DNA from: an uncultured Candidatus Saccharibacteria bacterium
GTDB taxonomy: Bacteria > Patescibacteriota > Minisyncoccia > 1-14-0-10-42-19
Direction of reading: 5' to 3'
Length of the DNA: 49,231 bases
NCBI GenBank assembly: GCA_964362625.1
Contig: CAYIFA010000002.1
Span: 1 to 49,231 of the forward strand
Shown one piece after another: positions 35,355 through 44,997 of this stretch. Within the stretch, counting starts at the first letter, position 1; the number at the start of each line of letters is the position of its first letter. The translations under genes were made by a program, and so were the position numbers. A model generated the notes under the pieces. That model did not search any database, had not been told where the DNA came from, and was given only the letters and a program-made list of their open reading frames with translations.

Positions 35355-36140
35355 ATGCAGAATAAAGACCTTAAGACCATTTATGAAAAAGTTTATAAAA
35401 AAGGGGAGGGCACTCATTATTCCAAGCTTTTATTTTCGAAAAACAAAGTTTCCATAGATAAGAAAGCGGTTCTTGGCGAGATAAACTGGAAGGGCAAAAT
35501 AGTGCTTGATGTCGGGTGCGGCACCGGCGAACTGGTTAATATTCTTGCCGGTCTCGGCGCGAAAATCGTTCTCGGAGTTGATTATTCTGCGAGCGCCATC
35601 GCCATTGCCAAGAGATTGTATTCGAGAAAAAACATTTCATTCAAATGCCTAAATGCCAATGAAGTAGAAGGAAAATATGACGTAATTACTTCGCTTGGCG
35701 CCATTGAACATTTTGATAATCCTTTCGGGGTCGTTAGAAGATTCCGGCAAATGCTCCGGCCGGGCGGTTCAATTATAATCGTGTCTCCTAACTGGTCTAA
35801 CCCGCGCGGCTACATGCTTATGACTCTCAAGCTGTTATTTGATGCCAGAATCACTTTAGCCGACCTGCATTATTTTACTCCGCTTGATTTTAAACATTGG
35901 GCAGACTTACTCGGGATGCGACTAAAGTGGCGCACTATTGATTACGATTGGGCTATGGGCCGTCGGTTAGTTAGTGATTTTAAGCGCAGGATTCCGCGCG
36001 TTATTCGTGATTCAAAATTGCCGAAGAACAAAAAAAGAATCGGTCAGTTTATCAAATGGATCGAACAAACAGTAATCAAGATTGAGCACCCGCAAAAATA
36101 CAGCGGTGCCATCGGAATATATCATTTTCGAAAACGTTGA
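35355..36140 (+). CDS. Class I SAM-dependent methyltransferase
   Basis: VLDVGCGTGELVNILAGLGAKIVLGVDYSASAIAIAK, GAIEHFDNP and LRPGGSIIIVSPN. Confidence 0.8.
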   Translation: MQNKDLKTIYEKVYKKGEGTHYSKLLFSKNKVSIDKKAVLGEINWKGKIVLDVGCGTGELVNILAGLGAKIVLGVDYSASAIAIAKRLYSRKNISFKCLNANEVEGKYDVITSLGAIEHFDNPFGVVRRFRQMLRPGGSIIIVSPNWSNPRGYMLMTLKLLFDARITLADLHYFTPLDFKHWADLLGMRLKWRTIDYDWAMGRRLVSDFKRRIPRVIRDSKLPKNKKRIGQFIKWIEQTVIKIEHPQKYSGAIGIYHFRKR

Positions 36141-38156
36141 TTATTCCGGCATTTTGTAGATTATGACGCCATTTTGATCGTATGTTTTCTCGAGAGTTCC
36201 GTCGAAAACGCTGTTTGGGTCGGCGCTTAACTTTTGCTCGCGTGGACCAAAATACAGATAATCCAGTCGGTAAGGCGGTTGGGCCAGCTTTTCGTTCAAG
36301 AAAGCGGAGTATTCGGATGACTTTTGCATTTGTGTTTCTTTCGGGATACCGAGCGGTACCTCGCTTATAAACGAACTGCCCGGTTTCGTGTTATGGTAGC
36401 GCATGTGGAACAAGTAATAAGCGGCGCTTTGGTCAAGATCTGGTTTGAAAAACGGATAAAGTTCGTTGGCGTTGGCCGCTGACTTGTTAAATCCGCCAGT
36501 ATCGCCTGATGCAATAAGTCCTCTAAATTTTTCCGGAGTAATGCCGTAAATTTTATTTATGAAAAAAAACCTGCCCCATATTTCTTCATTGGAGGCAATC
36601 GTGCTGTATCCGTTCGGCGTGAAAACTTTATTGTGAGTATAGAGTTGAATGCGACTCATGGTGCTAAATGACGAACTGCCGAGCACTGAATATTTTGGGG
36701 TGTTTTCGTTAAGCCATCGGTAGCTAGCCATCTCTCCGGAAGGTATGGTTACGTTTTTATATTCCTCTACGAATTTGTATTGAGCATAGGCCCCATTGGC
36801 CAAAACTCCGGCAATCAAAATTACGCCAAGAATGTTCCACGCCAAATGCGGGGATGCCGGCCGGTATTTTTTGTTTAAAAACATAGCCAAGGCCGTAGTT
36901 AGCATGAATAGTGCCGCGAGAATTGCAGTAAATTTTACGCTATTCGCCTCGGTAATGACTGCTTTGGTAATGAGTATGCCGGAAAGCGCCATAGCAACAA
37001 CGATTATTAAATTCGGCGCAAATAAGCGCCGGAAATTTAGGAATAGCCAATAAGCAATAGCGGCAAAAGTTAAGCAAAGAACCGGCAAAGTCGGCTTAAA
37101 CCAATGATCCGGCTGGGCGTTAAACCCGGTAATCAATTGGAGGTTATAAACTAAAAATATCGGCATGAGCAGGGATATCAGTAAGTAAGATATTTTTGGG
37201 TAAAATTTTCTGAAATAAAAAAGGATGGCAATGAGCAGGAAGTGAAGGGCGTAAGCGAAAGACGGCAGCATTTCGAAATTAACGTATCGTCCGATTTCCG
37301 GGCCATGTCTTTCAAAGATATCTTGGAAATGAGCAAGGCGTGACAGATTGATGGAATTGACCCAGTGCGGAATAGACATCAACAATCCGCCGGAAAAAAT
37401 TATAAGCATTTTTTTGAAAGACAAAAAATCTTTTTTGGCGAGAAACATTACTAAAACAAAGGCCATTGCCGCCGAAAAGTATGTCCAGTAATAGAAATAC
37501 GAATAAAAAGTCAGCCCGTAAAAAAATGCCGCGAGCCACGGCGAGATTCGGTCGTTTCTGGTTATGGAGCGGACTGTGAAATAAAGCAAGAGCAAATAAA
37601 TCGGCACAGTCACTTGCGGATCTTCTATCCGCGAAAACGCAAGCCCTTTTGTTTTGAATATAATCGTGATGATGGCGGCTTGCAAGTATTTGAGCGCCGG
37701 CGGCATAAATGAGGCGAGCCGCGGCAAGAAAATGTAAAAAACTGAGCCAACCAATGATAAAAATTTTATCCCGGTGGCTTCAAAAAGAATTAAATAAAAA
37801 ATTAAAAATATCATGGCCGGGAAAATAAAATCGCCGGTAATAAAAGCCGTTTCCATCGAACCGGTTATTTTAGCCAGCCATCCCATTACGAGCGGGCTTA
37901 AAAACGGAGTGACGTAAATTAGCCGATCTTTATATTCAAAAACATTGAAGTCACCGACTATAAACTTTCCGAGTCTTGCCGCCTCGGCTTTAGGCGCGTT
38001 AAGCAAGGCTTCGTCGCCGTTTATTAATATTGGATGATAATCCAGCCCTAGGCTCGTGAGATGCGACCATATAAAAAAATGATGGCCGCCGTAAATTACT
38101 GCCACAAGTAGCATCAAGAACAGCGCGGCTTTGTGACTTTTTACAAACTCAGGCAT
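36141..38156 (-). CDS. Large polytopic membrane protein with a C-terminal extracytoplasmic domain; possible GT-C-type transferase or polymerase
   Basis: There are at least 12 hydrophobic segments and a soluble tail of about 220 aa. The track ORF extends to 38285 but would overlap the divergent gene at 38200. I place the start at M44 (MPEFVKSHKAALFLMLLV, ATG 38154-38156). Confidence 0.55.
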   Translation of the reverse strand: MPEFVKSHKAALFLMLLVAVIYGGHHFFIWSHLTSLGLDYHPILINGDEALLNAPKAEAARLGKFIVGDFNVFEYKDRLIYVTPFLSPLVMGWLAKITGSMETAFITGDFIFPAMIFLIFYLILFEATGIKFLSLVGSVFYIFLPRLASFMPPALKYLQAAIITIIFKTKGLAFSRIEDPQVTVPIYLLLLYFTVRSITRNDRISPWLAAFFYGLTFYSYFYYWTYFSAAMAFVLVMFLAKKDFLSFKKMLIIFSGGLLMSIPHWVNSINLSRLAHFQDIFERHGPEIGRYVNFEMLPSFAYALHFLLIAILFYFRKFYPKISYLLISLLMPIFLVYNLQLITGFNAQPDHWFKPTLPVLCLTFAAIAYWLFLNFRRLFAPNLIIVVAMALSGILITKAVITEANSVKFTAILAALFMLTTALAMFLNKKYRPASPHLAWNILGVILIAGVLANGAYAQYKFVEEYKNVTIPSGEMASYRWLNENTPKYSVLGSSSFSTMSRIQLYTHNKVFTPNGYSTIASNEEIWGRFFFINKIYGITPEKFRGLIASGDTGGFNKSAANANELYPFFKPDLDQSAAYYLFHMRYHNTKPGSSFISEVPLGIPKETQMQKSSEYSAFLNEKLAQPPYRLDYLYFGPREQKLSADPNSVFDGTLEKTYDQNGVIIYKMPE

Positions 38157-38199
38157 TTTCTTGAAAATTTCGTTGATTTTTATATCATAATAAGAATAG

Positions 38200-39576
38200 A
38201 TGAAAACGCTCATGGTTCCAATAGCCAACAGCTTTTTCGTCCGTAACTTTATGCGTACGGATGTTTTTGGGGTGCTTAAAAGCAAAGAAGATCTGCGAAT
38301 AGTATTTCTCGCGCCGGAAGAAAAAATAGAATATTACAAATCCGAATTTCCCCACCCGAATGTTTTTTTCGAAAAACTTCCAGAGTTTAAAGACCTTGCT
38401 TCCGAACGATTTTTCCGATTCCTCGAAAGTTCCAGTATCCACACCAATACTGTGACTATGCTCCAGCGCTGGCAATTTTTAAGGGCAAAGCATCCGTCTT
38501 TTTTTCTGCGGCTGGTTATTTATCTGGTATCGCGCTTATTTTGGCATTTGGGCAGGTTTCACCGGTGGCGCGTCGTGATAAGAAAATCTTATTTAGCCGT
38601 TGCCAGCAGTTTTTTTGGCGGACTTTTTGATAAATGGCGGCCCGATCTGGTTTTTGCGGCCAACATGATTTATGTCGAAGACCATTTATTGCTTCGCGAG
38701 GCGAAGAAGCGCGGCATAAAGACGCTCGGCATGGCTTTGAGCTGGGATAACCTTTACAGCAAATCATTGATCCGTGTGCCGCCCGATCATTTGATGGTCC
38801 ATACTGACACCATTCGCGATCAAACAATCGCGCTTGGAGATTATCCGCCGGAAAAAATAACCGTGACCGGTATACCGCAATATGACGATTATTTTTTAAA
38901 AAACCGGCTGTTGAGCCGCGACGAATTCGTCAGGTCCATTGGTGGAGATCCGGCCAAAAAACTTATTGTCTACGCTTTTTCCGGCAAAGCCGGCTTGCAT
39001 ATCGATTTTGATATTGTCAAAATTATTCACGAATTTGTTAAGGACGGTAAAATAGCCGAGAGTGTAAATGTTTTCTTGCGGCCATATCCGCGGTATGATT
39101 TTCCGGAAGAAAAAGTAAGATGGATTTACCGCGAGTTAGGTTTTCTCGGACGCCCGCCGCTAAAGCACATCGGTTCGTCCAAGGACAGTTGGGAATTTGA
39201 CGAGGAATCGCTTGATCTTTTAGCCAATACCTTGGCTCATGCGGATTTGGTAATAACTATGTATTCCACATTCTTTATTGAGGCGGCGATATTTGACAAG
39301 CCGCTTATCGCGATTGCCTTTGACGGGTTTAAAAAGTTGGATTATTGGAATTCGGCTGAAAGATTTTTTGAATGGGATCACTTGAAGGAAATCGGCGAGC
39401 TCGGCGGCATTTGGCGCGTTAAGAGCAGGGAAGAGTTGCTGGCAGCAATTAATTTTTATCTGGCCAATCCCGGACATCTGAAAGATGGCCGGAAAAAGAT
39501 TGTTTTACGCCAAACCCAATTCAGAGATGGACAATCTGCCAAGCGGGTAGCCGATGCCATTTTAAAATTTTTATGA
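38200..39576 (+). CDS. Uncharacterised GT-B-like protein, paralog 1 of 4
   Basis: Blocks shared with the other three paralogs are PDLVFAANM...LLREAKKRGIKTLGMALSWDNLYSKSLIRV, KKLIVYAFSG and ADLVITMYSTFFIEAAIFDKPLIAIAFDG. The last block resembles the TagB/TagF xITDYSS...D..kP motif only at pattern level. Confidence 0.6.
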   Translation: MKTLMVPIANSFFVRNFMRTDVFGVLKSKEDLRIVFLAPEEKIEYYKSEFPHPNVFFEKLPEFKDLASERFFRFLESSSIHTNTVTMLQRWQFLRAKHPSFFLRLVIYLVSRLFWHLGRFHRWRVVIRKSYLAVASSFFGGLFDKWRPDLVFAANMIYVEDHLLLREAKKRGIKTLGMALSWDNLYSKSLIRVPPDHLMVHTDTIRDQTIALGDYPPEKITVTGIPQYDDYFLKNRLLSRDEFVRSIGGDPAKKLIVYAFSGKAGLHIDFDIVKIIHEFVKDGKIAESVNVFLRPYPRYDFPEEKVRWIYRELGFLGRPPLKHIGSSKDSWEFDEESLDLLANTLAHADLVITMYSTFFIEAAIFDKPLIAIAFDGFKKLDYWNSAERFFEWDHLKEIGELGGIWRVKSREELLAAINFYLANPGHLKDGRKKIVLRQTQFRDGQSAKRVADAILKFL

Positions 39577-40988
39577 GAGAAACAAAAATAAAAACCATCT
39601 TTACCCCGCTTTATTCCTTACCGGTCTTTCGGAATCTTTTTTTATTTCCCGGCTGTTTTTTTGACCAGGTTTGCGAATTGGTTCAAACCGGCGCGCCACA
39701 TCGATTTGTGTTTATCGTGCCGCAAAAAAGTTTTCAGAAATACGCTCCGATTTTTTCCGGTAAATTGAGCGATAGAATTATTTTGGAGAGCATCCCGGAT
39801 CCGGAGAAGATTGGGACCCTCGGTAAGATGTTCAGATTTTTTTATTCATATCTGATTTACACCAGCACCACAAAGTTGCTCGCGACCATGGGCACCCGGC
39901 CTGATGAAATGCCGCCGGGCAGCCGGCACTTGTGGCCGTTTAAGACTTTTATTGCTAACACCTTTGGGCGTTCACGGTTTATTAAAACCCAGATTATTCC
40001 GTTGGTTTTTAATGCGATTTTCGACAAAAATCATTTTTCGGTACTCTTTGATAAATACCATCCCGATGCCGTCTTTCTGCCGCATATGCTCGGCTGGTTT
40101 GATAATCTGCTTTTGAGAGAGGCAAAGAACCGTGGCGTAAAAACTATCGGCATGGCTGCCAACTGGGATCACATTGATAAATATTTTATTCCCCTGCAAG
40201 CTGATTTGCTTTTGGCGCAAAACGAACTGATTAAAAGCGCGGCGATCCGCGATCAGGCCTATCGGGAAAACCGAATTCGCTTAACCGGTTATCCGCATTT
40301 TGATTTTATTTGGGACAAAAAATATTTGATGGAGCGAAGCGATTTTTTGGCATCTACTCACGTCCGGCTGCCATCCGGCGCGAAATATTTTCTTTACATT
40401 TCCGGAAGCGTTTATTGTCCGGATGAGCCGGATGTAATCGAAGAAGTTCTAAATTGGATAAGCGCCGGGCGATTCGGTCCGGATGTTTATATGGTTATTC
40501 GGCCATATCTCGGGGGCCGTTTTAAGGATCGTGATTTTGATGACAATAAATTCGCCGGCTTTGCCAAGCATCCTAAGGTCCGTATGGCCAGCCGTGAATC
40601 GTGGAAAGCAGTGGAGGATACCATCCCCCTTTTAAATTTTATGGCGCATGCGAGCGTCGTAATGTCGGCTTTTTCCACCGCGGCGCTTGAGGCATCGCTT
40701 TTTGACCGGCCGCTAGTCGGCATCGGCTTTGACGGCCACCACATAAGGCCGCTCTACCGTTCAGTCCGGCGCTTTGAAAATTTCACGCATTTTCAGGATA
40801 TTTTTAAGACCGGCGCGGTTAAGGTAGTCAGAGGCTTTGATGAGCTTTACGCGGCGCTTAATGCTTATTTGGAAAATCCTGAATTGGATGCCGACAAGCG
40901 CGAGTTAATGCGTAAAACCATGTGTTATAAACTCGATGGCCAGTCCAGCCAACGGATTTTGGGTAATATACTAAACATGTTTGAATAG
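39573..40988 (+). CDS. Uncharacterised GT-B-like protein, paralog 2 of 4
   Basis: PDAVFLPHMLGWFDNLLLREAKNRGVKTIGMAANWDH and ASVVMSAFSTAALEASLFDRPLVGIGFDG. It overlaps paralog 1 by 4 nt. Confidence 0.6.
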   Translation: MRETKIKTIFTPLYSLPVFRNLFLFPGCFFDQVCELVQTGAPHRFVFIVPQKSFQKYAPIFSGKLSDRIILESIPDPEKIGTLGKMFRFFYSYLIYTSTTKLLATMGTRPDEMPPGSRHLWPFKTFIANTFGRSRFIKTQIIPLVFNAIFDKNHFSVLFDKYHPDAVFLPHMLGWFDNLLLREAKNRGVKTIGMAANWDHIDKYFIPLQADLLLAQNELIKSAAIRDQAYRENRIRLTGYPHFDFIWDKKYLMERSDFLASTHVRLPSGAKYFLYISGSVYCPDEPDVIEEVLNWISAGRFGPDVYMVIRPYLGGRFKDRDFDDNKFAGFAKHPKVRMASRESWKAVEDTIPLLNFMAHASVVMSAFSTAALEASLFDRPLVGIGFDGHHIRPLYRSVRRFENFTHFQDIFKTGAVKVVRGFDELYAALNAYLENPELDADKRELMRKTMCYKLDGQSSQRILGNILNMFE

Positions 40989-40994
40989 TTTGAT

Positions 40995-42392
40995 ATGCCG
41001 CAAAAAACGATTTTTCTTTCAATATACAACGGCATCCGGTCCAAGAATTTTTTTCACACCGACATTTACAAGACATTGGTTGCCGATAAAAATGTCCGGC
41101 TGGTCATCGTTGTGCCCTCGGTCAAACTGGATTATTACCGGAAGACTTTTGCCGAACCCAATGTTGTTTTTGAAGCGCTCGACCTAAAAGGCGAGCCGTG
41201 GTTTGGCCGGTTGCTCGCCGAACTCGGGTTTAATTTGCTTGACACCAAAACAATCCGGTTTAAACAGGAGCTGGAATACTGGCGGTACAAAAATTATCCG
41301 CGATTTTTGATCAAGCGGGCGATAAACCGCGTTTTGGGTCCTTTGCCCGGCATACGCGAGCTGGTCAGATTTTTGGATAGATTTGTCGACACGGATCAGA
41401 GAGTAAACGCGCTTCTTGATAAATATAAACCGGATTTGGTGCTGGCTCCGGATATTGTTTTTCCGCTTGACCGGATTTTTTTGCGCTCGGCCAAACGAAA
41501 GGGCATACGCACGGTTGGCTTAACTCGCTCATGGGACAATCTTACTTCCAAAGGCGTAATCCAGATTTTGCCGGATAAACTTATTTTGCACACTACCCGC
41601 ATGAAAAATCAGGCGGTGAAACTGGTTGGGATGTCCGAGAAAGATATTTTTGTTTCCGGTCCTCCGGATTACGATAAATATTTTAGGCCGTTAAAAACCA
41701 GCCGCGAAGAATTTTTAAGATCTCTTGGCATCCCAACCGACCGCAAAATCATCCTTTTCGCGCCATTTTATGATAACTATGTAGGTTCGGCAGTAATAAT
41801 GATGAATGCTTTTACCCGCGCGATAAAGGAGGGGCGTTTGCCTAAAAATGCCCATATTGTTTCCCGCTATCGGCCGGCTACCCCGGAAATCCCGGGGAAT
41901 CTTATTGAATCCAGCGATAATCTAACCATAACTAGGCCGTGTAGCTTATATTTTGAAGTAAAAGATAAGACCCTCGCGCCAACTAAGGATTGGGAATTTT
42001 CGGCGAGTGACGTAGAATTACTCGCCAACTCGTTGGCATATAGTGATGTGATTATTAATACTTATTCGACGCTCGCTATTGACGCTTCACCTTTTGATAA
42101 GCCGGTAATTGGGGTGAGGTTCGACGCTGATCCAAGTACCCCGCCGGAACATAGCGTATTGAAAATCGGCGACTTGCATGACCATTATAGGGAACTCGAA
42201 GAAATTGGCGGAGTGCGTCTGGTAAAAAACATGGACGAATTGATCGATGCCGTTAATTTTTATTTTGAACACCCCGAAGCCGACCGCGGAGGCCGAAAAC
42301 TCATCCGCGAAACCCAAATTGAATTTACCGATGGTCAAAACGGCAAACGGGCCGCCGAATTTATTTTACAGGAGTTGCGCGTACGCTCGTAA
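40995..42392 (+). CDS. Uncharacterised GT-B-like protein, paralog 3 of 4
   Basis: PDLVLAPDIVFPLDRIFLRSAKRKGIRTVGLTRSWDNLTSKGVIQI and SDVIINTYSTLAIDASPFDKPVIGVRFD. Confidence 0.6.
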   Translation: MPQKTIFLSIYNGIRSKNFFHTDIYKTLVADKNVRLVIVVPSVKLDYYRKTFAEPNVVFEALDLKGEPWFGRLLAELGFNLLDTKTIRFKQELEYWRYKNYPRFLIKRAINRVLGPLPGIRELVRFLDRFVDTDQRVNALLDKYKPDLVLAPDIVFPLDRIFLRSAKRKGIRTVGLTRSWDNLTSKGVIQILPDKLILHTTRMKNQAVKLVGMSEKDIFVSGPPDYDKYFRPLKTSREEFLRSLGIPTDRKIILFAPFYDNYVGSAVIMMNAFTRAIKEGRLPKNAHIVSRYRPATPEIPGNLIESSDNLTITRPCSLYFEVKDKTLAPTKDWEFSASDVELLANSLAYSDVIINTYSTLAIDASPFDKPVIGVRFDADPSTPPEHSVLKIGDLHDHYRELEEIGGVRLVKNMDELIDAVNFYFEHPEADRGGRKLIRETQIEFTDGQNGKRAAEFILQELRVRS

Positions 42393-42427
42393 ACGGCCAC
42401 CGAGAATAGTAAAATAGTCGTTCGCTC

Positions 42428-42455
42428 TTGATTTCTGGGAGTGAGTTTGTATACT
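42428..42455 (+). promoter_or_regulatory. Candidate sigma-70-type promoter for the orphan gene at 42492
   Basis: TTGATT (42428-42433), a 16-nt spacer and TATACT (42450-42455). A strong RBS, GAGGAGG, sits just upstream of the ATG. Confidence 0.35.
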
Positions 42456-42491
42456 AGATTTAGAGTTCTATAGAAAAATGAGGAGGTAAAG

Positions 42492-42872
42492 ATGAGGGTA
42501 TTTAAACCGACACGAAAAAATTTGCATCCAAGAATTATCCGCACGATGGAAAGAATCAAGAAATGGCACGAAGAAAATGGTTATAGTGACGATTATTCTG
42601 TTGACGATATTCTTCAAAAACAATTCGTTGCGATAAAAGCAGGCGCTTTCACAATTCTGGTTCAAGACGCTAGCGAAAAGGAATATCACGGAAACGCAAG
42701 TGTCGATGTTTATAACAGCAAAGGCGTTATTGTGGACAACAAAGTATTGTATAATCCAGTCAAGGGACATAGAGTTCCGAAAAGGGCTTTTATTGGAACG
42801 CCCATAGTTGACGGTTCAAGGCCGATGCAATACAAGCCAGTTCGCAGGAAAGATCCTATCTTTATTCCGTAG
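42492..42872 (+). CDS. Hypothetical protein (orphan) inserted in the glycan locus
   Basis: A 126-aa ORF with a strong RBS (AAATGAGGAGGTAAAGATG), its own candidate promoter and its own terminator. No family was recognised. Confidence 0.6.
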   Translation: MRVFKPTRKNLHPRIIRTMERIKKWHEENGYSDDYSVDDILQKQFVAIKAGAFTILVQDASEKEYHGNASVDVYNSKGVIVDNKVLYNPVKGHRVPKRAFIGTPIVDGSRPMQYKPVRRKDPIFIP

Positions 42873-42890
42873 ACGAGCCTAACTCCAAAG

Positions 42891-42915
42891 AGCCGACTAC
42901 ATGTCGGCTTATTGT
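42891..42915 (+). terminator. Rho-independent terminator
   Basis: AGCCGAC TACAT GTCGGCT followed by TATTGTTAT. Confidence 0.6.
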
Positions 42916-42919
42916 TATC

Positions 42920-42948
42920 TAGACAAGATTAGCGAACGGTGATAAGAT
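42920..42948 (+). promoter_or_regulatory. Candidate promoter for the HicB/HicA-like pair
   Basis: TAGACA (42920-42925), a 17-nt spacer and an extended -10 TGaTAAGAT (42940-42948). It overlaps the GTG start proposed in the ORF track, which argues for the downstream ATG. Confidence 0.35.
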
Positions 42949-43022
42949 TGCTGAAATTAACTGTGAATAACCGCCATAAACTATATAAGCGTTATTTGTT
43001 ATTATTTATAAATAATCCTTTC

Positions 43023-43346
43023 ATGTTAAATTTTTTAAGTCGCGTTTTCGGTAGCTCTCGATCCGTTAGTAGAGCTGACATTAAAACTAAATACGGCATT
43101 CCGGATACTATAAATCTATCTTTTGAGATAACTGACGGCAAATTTATAATTACTTCACCAGATCTTCCCGGTTTTATTACTCAAGCGCGAGATCAAAAAG
43201 AACTTCTGGAAATGGTGGACGATGCCGTCTTAACTTATTATGATGTTCCGGAAAACGAGGCGGTTGGGGTTTTTAACGTTATTCACATCGATGGCCACGG
43301 AACTATAATGAGCGAGAGGGCCCATCCGGTTTTGGCGACCAGATAA
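43023..43346 (+). CDS. HicB-like (UPF0150) antitoxin
   Basis: FEITDGKFIITSPDLPGFITQARDQKELLEMVDDAVLTYYDV fits the HicB N-terminal fold pattern. I prefer the ATG at 43023 (M29 of the track ORF 42939..43346). Confidence 0.6.
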   Translation: MLNFLSRVFGSSRSVSRADIKTKYGIPDTINLSFEITDGKFIITSPDLPGFITQARDQKELLEMVDDAVLTYYDVPENEAVGVFNVIHIDGHGTIMSERAHPVLATR

Positions 43347-43348
43347 TA

Positions 43349-43612
43349 ATGTCCGGAGAAATTAATTATAATTTTACTCCAAGGGAATGTGTCCGATCCT
43401 TAAATAGGATCGGATTCGTCAATAAATCAAAGCGCGGCAAGCATTTTAAATTTTATCCGCCAGAGCGTGTAAAAAATAAAATTCCTCCGGGGAGGCCGCA
43501 GTTCATTATGATCCCCAATCATAGAAATTTTTGGATTCAGCATAAAATTATAAGAGAATTACTGGAAATGGGCGGAGACGAACTTGTAAATGATTTTGTA
43601 AAAAATCTTTAG
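43349..43612 (+). CDS. HicA-like mRNA interferase toxin
   Basis: TPRECVRSLNRIGFVNKSKRGKHFKFYPP...FIMIPNHRNFWIQHKIIRELLEMGG shows the HicA/YcfA pattern, including the conserved G-x-H. It starts 2 nt after the antitoxin stop. Confidence 0.65.
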   Translation: MSGEINYNFTPRECVRSLNRIGFVNKSKRGKHFKFYPPERVKNKIPPGRPQFIMIPNHRNFWIQHKIIRELLEMGGDELVNDFVKNL

Positions 43613-43628
43613 TCACCCCATCCTTACA

Positions 43629-44996
43629 ATGGATAGCAATATTTCTTTATCCGAATCATTCGTTCGCGGAGAAGCCACCTCGCGCTTTTGGGGAATTTTC
43701 GCAAAAGCTGCCAGCATCGGCAGCGCGTTTTTGATTCTGGCCTCGCTTACTCCGTACCAATACGGCGTATGGTATTTGTTTTTATCGATTTATGAAATCT
43801 TTTCGCAAATTATATCGCTGGGTTCCGGCGTCATAAAAAACGAAGTAATGCGATTTATCGGCGAAAATGATTATGGACGGGCCAAGCGTCTTTTTGGTGA
43901 ATACCACGTTGCGCGTCTTATTTTGAGCGCGTTTTTGTGGGCGGTCTTCTTTTTCGGCGCTCCATTCTTGGCATTTCGTTATCAGCAAGATTTTATTCTA
44001 ATCATCCGTAGCGCCTCATTTTTGTTTCTTTTGGAATTTCTTGCATCCTTCGCGCAATCACTTCTAGCTATGCAATTTCGTTTTGGCGCTTCAGTCAGAG
44101 TTTCGACATACGCCAAGATAACGCAGTTCATAATTCTTCTCGGCTATTATTTTTATTCTTATATTGGCGTTAAAGAAGTCATGTTCTCGCTGGTGTTTTC
44201 ACTGGCGGCCGCCATCATCTTCATTTTGCCCACCGCAATTCACGAATGGCAACCGTGGCGCGCGCGGGTTGCCGCAGATAAAAATCTGTTTTTCAAAGTT
44301 ATGCTGGGGCCGGGTAAGTGGGACATTTCACGTTCTTTTATTTCGCACGTAGCATCCAGAGTCCAGCCGTTCATAATAAAAATATTTCTTAGCACCGAAA
44401 TGGTCGGGCTTTATGGAGTCGCGAAGTCTTTGGTTGAATTGTTGTTGAGCTTTCTTGCGGTTGATACATTAAGCACTTTAGTTCCACGCGAGATAAACGA
44501 GCGCAGCAAAATGCGTTCTATATTTGTTTTCGGTTCAAAGTATTTGGTGATTACCAGTTTAATTTTTGTTGCCGGTGGGGTAATCGGCACCTTAGTTCTT
44601 TTCAGTTTGTTTTTTGAGAATTATCTTCCGGCATTGCCGCTTTTCTATTTGCTGGTGTTGATGCTTCCGGTCCAGTCGTTTGGGCAAATGGTCGATGTTT
44701 TTTTGGTTGCGTGGCGTAAACAAAAATTTACCTTTGTTCGTTCGGTATCGAGATCCGCCTTATGGCTCTCACTGCTTCTTTTCTTGATTCCGCATTACGG
44801 CCTTTGGGGAGCAATATCGGCGGAATTGTCGGCCGTATTAATTTCGGCCATTTGGAGCTATTTTTATCTGCTTCGTCTTGAGCCGACATTTCATCTAAAC
44901 GCCAGAGAGATTTTTTCTTTCGGGGCGGAGGATCGGCTAATAAGAGATATTTTTTTCAATAATTTTTCGGCTATTTTCAGATTCATTAGGCGCTAA
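43629..44996 (+). CDS. Wzx-like oligosaccharide flippase (MOP superfamily)
   Basis: 455 aa with about 12-14 TM segments. Size and topology are typical of polysaccharide flippases, and the gene lies within the glycan locus. Confidence 0.65.
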   Translation: MDSNISLSESFVRGEATSRFWGIFAKAASIGSAFLILASLTPYQYGVWYLFLSIYEIFSQIISLGSGVIKNEVMRFIGENDYGRAKRLFGEYHVARLILSAFLWAVFFFGAPFLAFRYQQDFILIIRSASFLFLLEFLASFAQSLLAMQFRFGASVRVSTYAKITQFIILLGYYFYSYIGVKEVMFSLVFSLAAAIIFILPTAIHEWQPWRARVAADKNLFFKVMLGPGKWDISRSFISHVASRVQPFIIKIFLSTEMVGLYGVAKSLVELLLSFLAVDTLSTLVPREINERSKMRSIFVFGSKYLVITSLIFVAGGVIGTLVLFSLFFENYLPALPLFYLLVLMLPVQSFGQMVDVFLVAWRKQKFTFVRSVSRSALWLSLLLFLIPHYGLWGAISAELSAVLISAIWSYFYLLRLEPTFHLNAREIFSFGAEDRLIRDIFFNNFSAIFRFIRR

Positions 44997-44997
44997 T

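Noticed and set aside
42873-42882. The shared 10-mer AGACGAGCCT directly after the stop codons at 42872 and 48205, as a possible IS end or target site.
   Set aside because: A single 10-bp match is expected by chance many times in 49 kb, and no extended similarity flanks it.
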